Assembly: GCA_965203365.1 (NCBI GenBank)
Contig: OZ241878.1
Span: forward strand, 3,398,487-3,462,486
Direction of reading: 5' to 3'
Origin: Candidatus Poriferihabitaceae bacterium
Lineage (GTDB): Bacteria > Pseudomonadota > Gammaproteobacteria > Arenicellales > Poriferihabitantaceae
DNA: 64,000 nucleotides
Shown here piece after piece: positions 44,128-53,544 of this stretch; positions within the stretch are counted from its first letter, which is position 1, and each line of letters starts with the position of its first letter. A model generated the notes under the pieces. The model was not told where the DNA came from. It saw nothing but the letters and a program-made list of their open reading frames with translations, and ran no database searches. The position numbers and the translations under genes were made by a program.

Positions 44128-44949
44128 ATGGTCCTCATCGCGTTTCGTGTGCTCTTGCCGATGCTGTTGTTCTTGCAGTTGACCGCCTGTGCCCCCCCGG
44201 TCGAGACCGCTCCGGTGATCAACAAGGCGCCCTATCGGAAAATTCCGGCCGCCACCGTGGTGCAGCCTGGGGACAGTATCTACAAGATTTCCTGGGAGCA
44301 TGGTCTGGATTTCATTGACATCGCCCGCTGGAATGGCCTCAAGAAGCCCTATCGACTTCAGCCGGGTCAAACGCTGCAGCTTCGTCGGGGTTCCAGCCAG
44401 TCTGCCCCAAAGACTCCGGTAGATTCTGGGACCGGCGCCTCGTCGCCCCCACGGAAGGACGGAGTCAAGGGCCCGGTGCTGGTCCCCTCTCCCCCGACGC
44501 CAGCCATTTCGACTCCCCCGATGCCGAAACCGACTTCCGTGGCGGCGGCACCACCACCCAGAGAGAAGTTGCCGGCTCAGCCTCCGTCCGTCTGGAGATG
44601 GCCCGCCCGGGGGGAAATCATCGCCCGCTACTCTCAGGACAAGGGAATCAATGGGATTCGAATTGCGGGCAGTCCGGGGTCACCGGTGTGGTCTACGGCC
44701 GGAGGCGAAGTGGTGTATGCTGGGGAAGGTCTGCGGGGCTATGGCAAGCTGGTGATCGTGAAACATTCCGACACTCACCTGAGTGCCTATGCCCACAACC
44801 GCCGCATCCTAGTCGCGGAGGGGGATCGAATCGGGGCTGGCCAGCAGATTGCCGAAATGGGCAGCACGGGAGCCAATCGCACCATGCTGCATTTTGAAAT
44901 TCGAGTCAATGGAAAGCCCCAGGACCCGCTTGGATTTCTCCGCTCATGA
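44128..44949 (+). CDS. nlpD: Lipoprotein NlpD (LysM + degenerate/active M23 domain)
   Basis: It has a lipobox LQLTAC, a LysM domain (VQPGDSIYKISWEHGLDFIDIARWNGL), a Pro-rich linker and a C-terminal M23 domain. Confidence 0.9.
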   Translation: MVLIAFRVLLPMLLFLQLTACAPPVETAPVINKAPYRKIPAATVVQPGDSIYKISWEHGLDFIDIARWNGLKKPYRLQPGQTLQLRRGSSQSAPKTPVDSGTGASSPPRKDGVKGPVLVPSPPTPAISTPPMPKPTSVAAAPPPREKLPAQPPSVWRWPARGEIIARYSQDKGINGIRIAGSPGSPVWSTAGGEVVYAGEGLRGYGKLVIVKHSDTHLSAYAHNRRILVAEGDRIGAGQQIAEMGSTGANRTMLHFEIRVNGKPQDPLGFLRS

Positions 44950-46007
44950 TCTCCAAAGCGGCGCCGACCAAGGTGTGGAATCGGCTGGCAGAATGGCCTC
45001 GAGCCCGACTGGCCCATTTGCCCACTCCGCTGGAGTGGCTGCCCAATCTGTCGGAGCGCTATCCGGGTGGCCGTTTCTGGATGAAGCGGGATGACTGTAC
45101 CGGTCTGGCCATGGGGGGCAACAAGGCCCGTCAACTCGAGTTCTATCTGGGCGATGCCCTGGCCCAGGGCTGTGATACGGTGGTCAGTACGGGCGCGGTC
45201 CAGTCCAATTACATGCGCAGCCTCGCCGCCGCCGCGGCTCAGTTGGGACTGGAATGTCACCTGCAACTGGAATCCCGGGTGGCCCACCCACCCCGAGAGT
45301 ATGGTCACTCGGGCAATGTCCTGCTGGACCACCTGTTCGGGGCTCGGATTCATTTGCGCCATGAGGGAGAGGATGAACTCGGGGCGGATCAAGCCATCCA
45401 GGAAATTGCCGACACCCTGCGCAAGCAAGGAAAAAAACCATATCTTGTCCCCTTGGCGCCGGTGGAAAAACCGATCGGGGGCCTTGGCTACGTGGCGGCC
45501 GCGGCCGAATTGATCCCACAGTTCGAAACAGCCCGGATGGTCCCGGACCTGCTGGTGGTGGGCTCCGGAAGCGGCCTGACGCATGCGGGCCTGCTGGTCG
45601 GTTTGCGGCTCATGGGTCTCTCCCTCCCGGTACTGGGAGCCTGTGTGCGACGAGCGGCCGGATTGCAGTGTGATCGGGTGCTGTCCCATTGTCGCCGGTT
45701 GGAAGACATGCTGGGTTTGTCCGATGGCGTGACGGCCGAAGATATCCGGGTCAGTGACATCGCCTTGGCACCAGGTTACGGGCAGGCATCGGATGCCGTG
45801 ATGCAGGCGGTCGTCGACATGGCCCGGACCGAGGGGATCTTGGTGGATCCGGTCTATTCCGCCAAGACCGTTGCCACTACGCTGGCTTGGGTGCGGCACC
45901 GTGAACCGGACGATTGCCAGCAAGTGGTCATGTTCCACACCGGCGGCACGCCAGCGCTGTTCGCCTACCGGGAGCGGATACAGTCGGCTGCCTCATTCGG
46001 ACTATAA
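44946..46007 (+). CDS. PLP-dependent D-cysteine desulfhydrase / ACC deaminase-family protein
   Basis: It has KRDDCTGLAMGGNKARQLEF (the Lys of GGNK is the PLP site), and the family's length and layout. There is a 4-nt overlap with nlpD. Confidence 0.8.
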   Translation: MISKAAPTKVWNRLAEWPRARLAHLPTPLEWLPNLSERYPGGRFWMKRDDCTGLAMGGNKARQLEFYLGDALAQGCDTVVSTGAVQSNYMRSLAAAAAQLGLECHLQLESRVAHPPREYGHSGNVLLDHLFGARIHLRHEGEDELGADQAIQEIADTLRKQGKKPYLVPLAPVEKPIGGLGYVAAAAELIPQFETARMVPDLLVVGSGSGLTHAGLLVGLRLMGLSLPVLGACVRRAAGLQCDRVLSHCRRLEDMLGLSDGVTAEDIRVSDIALAPGYGQASDAVMQAVVDMARTEGILVDPVYSAKTVATTLAWVRHREPDDCQQVVMFHTGGTPALFAYRERIQSAASFGL

Positions 46008-46042
46008 TTCATCGGTCATTGTATTCGCCCCAAGATTGGTTC

Positions 46043-47071
46043 ATGGATTTGCGTGCTTCCATTCAACATCTGGCCGCGGGCCAGGACCTCTCTCGACCCC
46101 AGATGCAGGAGGTGATGAGCCTGATCATGCATGGTGAGGCGACGCCCGCCCAGATTGGTGCCTTCCTGACGGCCCTCAGGATCAAGGGAGAGACTGTGGA
46201 GGAGATCGTGGGGGCGGCGACCATCATGCGGAAACTGGCGGCCCGGGTGGAGACGCCGTCCGGAAAGATTGTGGATACGGTCGGGACTGGAGGCGATGGG
46301 GCGCGACTGTTCAATGTCTCGACCGCCAGTGCTCTGGTCGCCAGTGCGGCGGGCGCAACGGTCGCCAAGCACGGCAATCGGGCGGCGACCGGGACCTCCG
46401 GCAGTGCGGATGTGCTGGAAGCGGCGGGCGTCAACATTGCCCTGTCACCGCAGCAGGTGGGTCAATGTCTCACTGAGACCGGTATCGGCTTCATGTTCGC
46501 ACCCACCCATCATGGGGCGACCCGACATGCCATTGGTCCTCGTCGCGAGATCGGCGTACGCACGGTGTTCAATCTGCTGGGGCCGCTGACCAATCCCGCT
46601 GGGGCCGAATATCAACTGGTGGGGGTCTTTGATCCGCGCTGGGTCCAGCCGGTCGCCGAGGTGTTCAAGGCTTTGGGCAGTCAACACACCTTGGTGGTCT
46701 GTTCCGATGATGGGACCGATGAAATTTCACTGGCGGCCGAAACCGATGTGGCGGAACTGGATCGGGGCTATATCCACACCTATCGAATGGCTCCGGAAGA
46801 CTTCGGTATTCGACGCCAGCCGCTGGACTCCTTGGTGGTCCAGGATGCCCGACACAGCCTGATGCTGATCCGGGAAGCTTTGTCCGGGACGCCGGGTCCG
46901 GCGTTCGACATGGTGGCGCTGAATGCGGGGGCGACCCTGTATGTGGCCGACCTGGCGGACAGTCTCCAGACGGGCGTAGACCGAGCCAAAGACGTGATGG
47001 GTTCCGGGGCCGCCCTCACCAAGCTCGAGCAACTGGCCCAGTTCAGCCGCCAATTCGGGGAGGAGTTCTGA
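46043..47071 (+). CDS. trpD: Anthranilate phosphoribosyltransferase
   Basis: It has VDTVGTGGDGARLFNVSTA, KHGNRAATG and an N-terminal helical bundle. The start at MDLRASIQ is preferred over the long ORF extension. Confidence 0.92.
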   Translation: MDLRASIQHLAAGQDLSRPQMQEVMSLIMHGEATPAQIGAFLTALRIKGETVEEIVGAATIMRKLAARVETPSGKIVDTVGTGGDGARLFNVSTASALVASAAGATVAKHGNRAATGTSGSADVLEAAGVNIALSPQQVGQCLTETGIGFMFAPTHHGATRHAIGPRREIGVRTVFNLLGPLTNPAGAEYQLVGVFDPRWVQPVAEVFKALGSQHTLVVCSDDGTDEISLAAETDVAELDRGYIHTYRMAPEDFGIRRQPLDSLVVQDARHSLMLIREALSGTPGPAFDMVALNAGATLYVADLADSLQTGVDRAKDVMGSGAALTKLEQLAQFSRQFGEEF

Positions 47072-47310
47072 TGCAGACGATTTTCGTGCAACTGAAATGT
47101 GAACTGGGACGGGCTTATGATGTGGCCGCCATGCTGGCCGAAATCGATGGGGTCTCCGAGGTGTATTCCATTTCCGGTCAGTATGATCTGTTGGCGAAGT
47201 GTTACCTGGACACAGAAGCCGATGTGGGCCGATATGTGGCGACCCGTGTACAAGGGCTGGAGGGCGTTCGGGAGACCCATACGATCATCGCATTCAACGC
47301 ATTTTCCTGA
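47071..47310 (+). CDS. Stand-alone Lrp/AsnC ligand-binding (RAM) domain protein
   Basis: 79 aa. The pattern VSEVYSISGQYDLLAKCYL...VRETHTIIAF is typical of the AsnC_trans_reg domain. The start overlaps the trpD stop (ATGA-like junction). Confidence 0.7.
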   Translation: MQTIFVQLKCELGRAYDVAAMLAEIDGVSEVYSISGQYDLLAKCYLDTEADVGRYVATRVQGLEGVRETHTIIAFNAFS

Positions 47311-47390
47311 ACTCCATCCGGTCAGATTTTGCAAGGTGTTGACCGAGGGGGCGTTGACATGAGTCAAACCATCGGCCCGGGATCGACATC

Positions 47391-48164
47391 ATGAAGCCAC
47401 TGCAGACCCTGTTGGAGGATCGGCGTTTCGAATGGACCATCCTGGTCCTGATTCTGATCAATGCCGTGACCCTCGGTTTGGAGACCGATGCCGACCTCAT
47501 GGCGAGATTTGGCTCGGAACTGATGATGGTGGACCGGGCCATTCTTGGCGTGTTCGTGGTCGAAGTGGCACTCAGGCTAGTGGTGTATCGCTGGCGATTC
47601 TGGCGCGATCCCTGGCGTGTTTTCGATTTCCTGATTGTGGCAATCGCCCTCATACCGACCAGCGGCAACCTGTCCATCTTGCGGGTGCTCCGAGTATTGC
47701 GAGTGTTGCGCTTGATCAGTTTCGTCCCTTCCCTGCGCCGTGTGGTGGGTGGACTGATCGCGGCCCTGCCGGGGATGGGGTCCATCGTCATGCTGCTCGC
47801 GCTGGTTTTTTATGTGTTCGCCGTGATCGCCACCGGTCTCTATGGCGAGCAGTTTCCGCAATGGTTCGGGTCGATCGGGGCCTCGGCCTACAGTCTGTTT
47901 CAGATCATGACCCTGGAAAGCTGGTCCATGGGGATCGTCCGGCCGGTCATGGGGGAGTTCCCGCAGGCGTGGCTGTTCTTTACCATCTTCATTTTGTGCA
48001 CCTCGTTTACGGTGCTCAACCTGTTCATCGGCATCATCGTGTCCGCGATGCAGCGGGAACATGAAGCCGAAGCCAGCGAGGAAAGGGATGCCTTGCATCG
48101 GGAGCAGCAGGAAATCCTCGCCGAGTTGCGTGAGATCAAGGCCCGTCTGGACACCCTCAGCTGA
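47391..48164 (+). CDS. Bacterial voltage-gated sodium channel (NaChBac/BacNav family)
   Basis: It has six TM segments, an S4 with Arg every third residue (LRVLRVLRVLRLIS), the selectivity filter FQIMTLESWSMGIV and a C-terminal coiled coil. Confidence 0.85.
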   Translation: MKPLQTLLEDRRFEWTILVLILINAVTLGLETDADLMARFGSELMMVDRAILGVFVVEVALRLVVYRWRFWRDPWRVFDFLIVAIALIPTSGNLSILRVLRVLRVLRLISFVPSLRRVVGGLIAALPGMGSIVMLLALVFYVFAVIATGLYGEQFPQWFGSIGASAYSLFQIMTLESWSMGIVRPVMGEFPQAWLFFTIFILCTSFTVLNLFIGIIVSAMQREHEAEASEERDALHREQQEILAELREIKARLDTLS

Positions 48165-48453
48165 CCGTTTCCAAGTTTTTCGGACGACTCTCTCCCGCTG
48201 TTCGCGCCGTCATTTGGATGGAGAAGTCACACCGCATCAGGCCACTTTCTGATGTGATGTCAGTTGATCGTTGCCGTTACGTCCGTTGAATACGTCGGGT
48301 AGAAGCAGGATCGCTTGCTCATTCTCGTGCCAGCAAGTGGTCACCGACAGATGTCTGGATGTTCCCGATGGGGCTGCATATGACGAAAGGACTGGCATTC
48401 TGTTGGGCGTCATCAATAACACTTGATGCTTTTTGACTGTCACGAAGCCTCAA

Positions 48454-50429
48454 TTAATCTGAAGTTCCCCCTGATTTTTCGTAAAATTCCCGTGCAACCG
48501 GTTGATCTGCTTGCGGAAATTGCTCTCAGGAGAGTATTATTTGTTCCCATGTAAATGGATATTAAATATGGCTTTTTCCAGATTCATGGGCTACAATCAT
48601 TCCCCTGTCCGTCGAAATCGTCCCCCACCGGAACTCCCCGCCCGCCCTCCTCCTGCGCGAAGGAGGGCGCGAAGACGGCCAGGTCAGGAAACGCCCCCTC
48701 GCCAATCTCTCCCGATGGCCGAAGGCCAGGATCGACGCCCTGCGGCGGGTGCTCAGGGACGACCCCCTGGTCGGGCGGGACGAAGCCTTCGAGATCATCC
48801 GCTCCCTCCCCCACGGGCAGGTCGCCGCCGTGCTCGGCACCCTCCGGCCACGGCGCCTGGACCGGCTCATCGACGCGCGACCTTCCCCCGAGCGTGACCG
48901 GGGGCTGGCGATGAGGGTGGCCCGCGTGCTGGAACCCGGCTCCCAACGGGCCACTGCGCGGGGGCTGGCCGAGGCCACCGCGACCGACTCCCCGGCTGAC
49001 CCCCTGGGGCTGGGCACGGTGGATGAGGACGACCGGTCCGCGGCCAGGGACTGGCTGCTCAAGCGCCAGGACCGCATCGAGTGGACCCTGGCGAAGCGCT
49101 ATCTGGCGGAGGGCGCCCTGGTGCTCCATGACCTGACCTCGGGGTCCCTGGCAGGACGCCTCGGCCCGCTGGCCAGGCGGGGCGATTCGCGCGACGGCCA
49201 GCGGGGCCAGCGGCAGATCGAGTTCGGGTTGCTGTGCGACGCAGGCGGCCGTCCGGTGGCCGGGGAGGGGTTTCCCGGCCACCCGGCTGATTCGGCGGCG
49301 CTGGGCCCTCAGATCGAGCAGTGGCGGGAGCGCTTCGGGCGGTCGCGGCGGGGGCTGGTGGGGGACCGTGGGAGGCTGACCGAGGCGCGCCTCCGGGACG
49401 AGGTGAAGCCGGCGGGACTGGACTGGATCGGCGCCTGACGGGGTCCGGCGATCCGCGGACTGGTCGAGTCCGGCGCCGTGCCGAGGTCGCTGTTTGACGA
49501 GCAGGACCTGGTGGAGGTCCGCAGCGACCTCTATCCGGGGGAGCGTCTCATGGGATGCCGCCACCCGCTGATGGCCGAACGCAGGGGGCGCCAGCGCGAG
49601 GCGCGGCTGGAGGCCACCGAGAAACGGCTGGAGCCCATCGTGGCGGCCACGAGACGGGAGAAACGGCGCCTGAAGGGGACGGACAGGATCGGAGCGCGGG
49701 TCGGCCAGGGGATCGGCCGATACCGGATGGCCAAGCACTTTGAGTGGACCCTCGACGAAGACGGGTGCTTCGACGACGGGAGAGACGCCGGGTCCATCGC
49801 CGCGGAGGCAGCGCTCGACGGCCTGTCTGTCATCCGCACCAGTCTGGCCGAGACCGAGCTGGATGCTTCGGGCACGGGGCGCACTTACCAGGGCCTGAGC
49901 CAGGTGGAACGGGCCTTTCGCCGTCTCAAGCGTGTGGACCGGAAGGGGCGTCCGGTGTGCCACCGGACGGACGAGCGGGTCCGTGCCCATCTCCTGCCAT
50001 GCAGGCTGGCCTGGTATGGGGAATGGCATAGGCGGAAACGCCTGGCCCCGTTGCTGTTCGACGACGAGGAGCCCGCCGCGGCCGAAGCCGCCCGCTCCTC
50101 CGGGGTGGCGCCGGCCCGGGTGTCGGCATCCGCCCAACGCAAGGCGGCGAGCAAGCGCACTGACGACGGTCGGCCCGGGCACAGTTTCCGCACCCTGCTT
50201 CGGGATCTCGCCCCTCTCACCAAGAACCGCGTGATGCCCCGTCTGCCCGGCGCCGAACCCTTCGATCGGCTGACCCGGCCGACTGAGTGGCAGCGCGAAG
50301 CCTTCCGCTTGCTCGGCGTACGATGGCAGTAGCGTTCCAGGGGCGTTCCCAGTCACGAACCGTCAGTGATTGACTTTTGTCAACGCAATCAATAAGTTAT
50401 ATCGAATATGCTCTGGAAGTTCAGACTAA
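48454..50429 (+). mobile_element. Degenerate IS1634-family element (divergent from the copy at 10.56 kb)
   Basis: The imperfect terminal inverted repeats TTAATCTGAAGTTCC (48454-48468) and GGAAGTTCAGACTAA (50415-50429) match at 13 of 15 positions when reverse-complemented. They bracket a disrupted transposase reading frame. Confidence 0.6.
48568..50332 (+). pseudogene. IS1634-family transposase pseudogene (N-terminal frameshift/indel plus in-frame TGA at 49436-49438)
   Basis: The start MAF is in one frame. The homologous block VPHRNSPPALLLREGGREDGQVRKRPLANLS is in another. ORFs 48749-49438 and 49478-50332 share a frame and are collinear with the intact transposase at 10647-12416. Confidence 0.8.
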
Positions 50430-50551
50430 CAGGAGTCGATACACCCCGATTCGGCGACTTGCCTGACCATTGGAATAACGCTTCGAGGCATTGTCCGGCC
50501 AGCCGAAAGCCGTTGTTTGCACCCCAGATCCCTTCCGGGTACACTGCTCCC

Positions 50552-52141
50552 ATGACCTCCGACGATCCCACGCTTAGCGAACCCGAGCGGACTGCCCTGC
50601 AAAAGCTGATGCGGGGGGTCGACCGGGGGCGAGCCCCGATCTTCGTCGGTCGCCAGACAGAACTGGAATTGATCCGGGAACGATTGGACCTGTTACTAGA
50701 GCGACTGGACGAACCGGCTCCCGGGGCCGATCTGACCACGGTGATCCAGGGCGCCCCCGGCGCTGGCAAGTCGGCGCTGCTGGAGAGGATCATCGAAGAG
50801 TGGCCCCCGGGGGGATCGGAATCCCAGCCCGTGGCGGTCCGGGTGGCGGCCGGTGCCTTGGAACAGCCGATGGCCGATCTGCTGGCCATCATGGCGCGGC
50901 AAACGGCGGGCAACCTCGGCATCATCCGGACGCTGGTACGGTTCTTCCGCTCGGGCTCGGTGAATGTCGCGGGCCTGAGCGAGGTCACGCTGGGGCTGAA
51001 TCCGGATCAATTGACGGGCCAGCCACTTACCCCGGTGATCCTGCTGGTGGACGAGATTCAGTCGCTCTGGGTCGGCCCCGGATCAGAGGCGGCCCGGAAG
51101 CAGGTGAGCGACAATCTGCGTCTGTTGCATACCGGCGAGCATGGGGCCCCCGTGTTTCCGGTCTATGGGGGCCTGGCCAACAGTGGGGACCTGTTGCGGG
51201 CGGCCGGACTGACGCGTCTGGCCAGTGAATCGGAGCGAACCCTGTCTCGGTTGAGTGAGGTCGAGATGGCCGAATGGATGGACCGGTTCGTCGAGGAACA
51301 CCTGTCATCGGCCCGACCGGCCCCGACGATCCTGAAGGGCTGGGCAACTGCGTTGCAACGCGACAGTCAGGGCTGGCCGATGCATGGGCGGAATTTCCTC
51401 ATCGCCTTGGCCGAGGACATCCGCACGCACGACTGGTGTCCGGCCGCCGCTGATCTGGATGCCGTGCGGGCGCGGGCACAGCCGCTCCGTTTTCACTACT
51501 ATGGGCATCGTCTGCAGGGGGCACTGCAAAATCGGTATGTGCTCGTCTCGAAGGTATTGGAGGCGATGGAGTTGGGACCCCCGATGTCGGAACATGGGAT
51601 CCTGGATGCCATTGACCGGGCGCAACAGGACCGGCCGTCTGGAGATTTCGGTCTGGGGGCCTTGCCGGACGGGTTGACCGTTCGCCAGACCTTTGAGGCG
51701 ATGCTGTATGCGGGGGTCGTGCAAAAGACGGGCCAAGGCAAGTTGGCCTGTCCGATTCCGTCGCTGGCGAGCTATCTGGTGGCCAAAGCCACGCTGCCTC
51801 CCAGTCCCTTGCATGAGGCGGTGCTGGACCAGGCGACCGCGGACATGGATCGGGCCTGGGACCGATGTCGGACGGACACCGAGCGGAGCGCCTTGTTGCA
51901 GGCGACGGACCCACGGGGTCGCACGGCGCTGATGCTGGCGGTGGAACTGGGTTTGGTGCCGTTGGTGGCCCATCTGGTGACTCTGGAAAGCCGACTGCCG
52001 TCGACGTTGCGGTCGACGGCCTGCCAAGACCGTGTCGGGCGGACCGCGCATGATCATGCCATGGAGGTGGGAGATGTACGCTTAACTACCATGCTGGATC
52101 GGCTTTTGAGTCGAGAGTCGACCTTGGCCATGCCAGAGTGA
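50552..52141 (+). CDS. P-loop NTPase (AAA_16/STAND-like) with C-terminal ankyrin-like repeats
   Basis: It has FVGRQTELELIRERL followed by Walker A GAPGAGKS (50750-50773) and Walker B ILLVDEIQ. The C-terminal DPRGRTALMLAVELGLVPLVAHLV and GRTAHDHAMEVGDVRLTTML resemble ankyrin repeats. The start at MTSDD lies outside the IS end. Confidence 0.65.
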   Translation: MTSDDPTLSEPERTALQKLMRGVDRGRAPIFVGRQTELELIRERLDLLLERLDEPAPGADLTTVIQGAPGAGKSALLERIIEEWPPGGSESQPVAVRVAAGALEQPMADLLAIMARQTAGNLGIIRTLVRFFRSGSVNVAGLSEVTLGLNPDQLTGQPLTPVILLVDEIQSLWVGPGSEAARKQVSDNLRLLHTGEHGAPVFPVYGGLANSGDLLRAAGLTRLASESERTLSRLSEVEMAEWMDRFVEEHLSSARPAPTILKGWATALQRDSQGWPMHGRNFLIALAEDIRTHDWCPAAADLDAVRARAQPLRFHYYGHRLQGALQNRYVLVSKVLEAMELGPPMSEHGILDAIDRAQQDRPSGDFGLGALPDGLTVRQTFEAMLYAGVVQKTGQGKLACPIPSLASYLVAKATLPPSPLHEAVLDQATADMDRAWDRCRTDTERSALLQATDPRGRTALMLAVELGLVPLVAHLVTLESRLPSTLRSTACQDRVGRTAHDHAMEVGDVRLTTMLDRLLSRESTLAMPE

Positions 52142-52319
52142 AAATTCGGTTCACCGAAGCTTGGTGGTCCTCCAAACGTGTCGACTTTCACCCGCATTTC
52201 TCAACCCCTCTCGAAGCCCGTGTGGGCAGTGGGATGACTTTTCCCGAACGTAGCCGATCGTCCGCACGGTGGGGATGATTTCAATCCAGTCTTGATGGTC
52301 CCAGTCTGTGGGTAGGTTG

Positions 52320-53231
52320 TCAGTCAGTTGAACGTGAAGCGGTTTGCAGCCTTCGTCGGGGTTGAACAAAATAGATTCCAGCGAGAACCAGGCAAAGTGC
52401 CAGTATCACCGGCAGTCCGAAGGTTTCTCCCAACAGCAGGATCCCCCAAATGCTCCCCAGTACCGGAATCAGATAATTGATCTGGGCAAACGTCACAGCA
52501 TCAAGATTACGGATGGTGCGAAAATAGATCAGTGCGGCTAGGGCGGTATGCACGAGCCCCAGAACCACTGCGGACCACAGGGCAGGAACGGTGGGGATCA
52601 TTTCCGTCGGATTCTCCAGCACGAACGCGAACACCACACTGGTCAATGCTGCCACCAGTCCGGCACCGGCCGCGGCCTCAATATTCCCGATGGTGCCTCG
52701 AAGACGTACAAACACCGCAGTCAAGGCATAGCACAGCGCACCCCCCAGCACGGCGAGTTGACCGAGCGGTTGTCCGCCAACAGGACCCAAGGCGGAAATG
52801 CCCACCAAGGTGATCAGACCACTGAAACCCAGAAAGACGCCCAGAAGCTTGCGTACGGTCATGCGCTCAGAGGGGATGAGCAGATGGGCCAAGACACAAG
52901 TGGCGATGGGCATGATCCCCATCAGTACAGCGGCCATGGAACTGGTTACCTGGACTTCCCCCAGGCTGATTAGGGAAAACGGTACGGCATTGCCCATCAC
53001 CCCGACAAAGAGATAAAGCTGGACGGAGGACCGGTCAATGATCAGACGGCGACCCATGGTTCGAAGTATGACCAGCAGGGTTGTTGCCGCGATGATCAGT
53101 CGAATGCTGGTGAGGGTGAATGGTCCCAGACTGGAGACGCCAATCTTGATCAAGAAAAACGAGGTGCTCCAGATCAGTGCCAGACACCCTAGTAGAAGAA
53201 AATCCAGGAGGTGGTTAGATTGCAAGGACAT
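52320..53231 (-). CDS. EamA/DMT-family transporter
   Basis: About 10 TM helices in two EamA halves. The start at MSLQSNHLL is preferred, and the ORF opens at 53399. Confidence 0.75.
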   Translation of the reverse strand: MSLQSNHLLDFLLLGCLALIWSTSFFLIKIGVSSLGPFTLTSIRLIIAATTLLVILRTMGRRLIIDRSSVQLYLFVGVMGNAVPFSLISLGEVQVTSSMAAVLMGIMPIATCVLAHLLIPSERMTVRKLLGVFLGFSGLITLVGISALGPVGGQPLGQLAVLGGALCYALTAVFVRLRGTIGNIEAAAGAGLVAALTSVVFAFVLENPTEMIPTVPALWSAVVLGLVHTALAALIYFRTIRNLDAVTFAQINYLIPVLGSIWGILLLGETFGLPVILALCLVLAGIYFVQPRRRLQTASRSTD

Positions 53232-53544
53232 CGAATTGTGATAAGAAATCCCACTTGCGCTTCGAAGTGCACGGGGACTTAAAAATGGGCTATTATAGAG
53301 ATGCTCATATATCTTTCTTCTGTTCAGTATAATGCCATCGGCGGCCGGAATGAGTGTCTTGGGACGTGGATTTTTCCGCCGCCACCACGATCCCGCCATT
53401 CGGGCGACGCCCTTATTCTGGAATCGGAGGCGACTGTGGCACTTCGGAGTAGAGGCGGGGTTTCAGAATTGACTTTAAAGTCCGTGAACCAGATGTCATT
53501 GTTCGAACCGAAACGGAAAATTGCTAGTAATTCCCGGATTTTAG

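Noticed and set aside
49436-49438. The in-frame TGA in the second transposase as programmed recoding (selenocysteine or readthrough).
   Set aside because: The same gene also carries an N-terminal frameshift/indel. No SECIS-like hairpin is evident immediately downstream. Simple decay is the more economical explanation.
48584-50356. A 590-aa uninterrupted minus-strand ORF across the second IS element. It is the longest intact ORF there.
   Set aside because: The plus-strand frames reproduce collinear similarity to the intact IS1634-family transposase at 10647-12416. The minus-strand product is Pro/Arg/Gly-rich with no motif. I treat it as a shadow ORF over a pseudogene.
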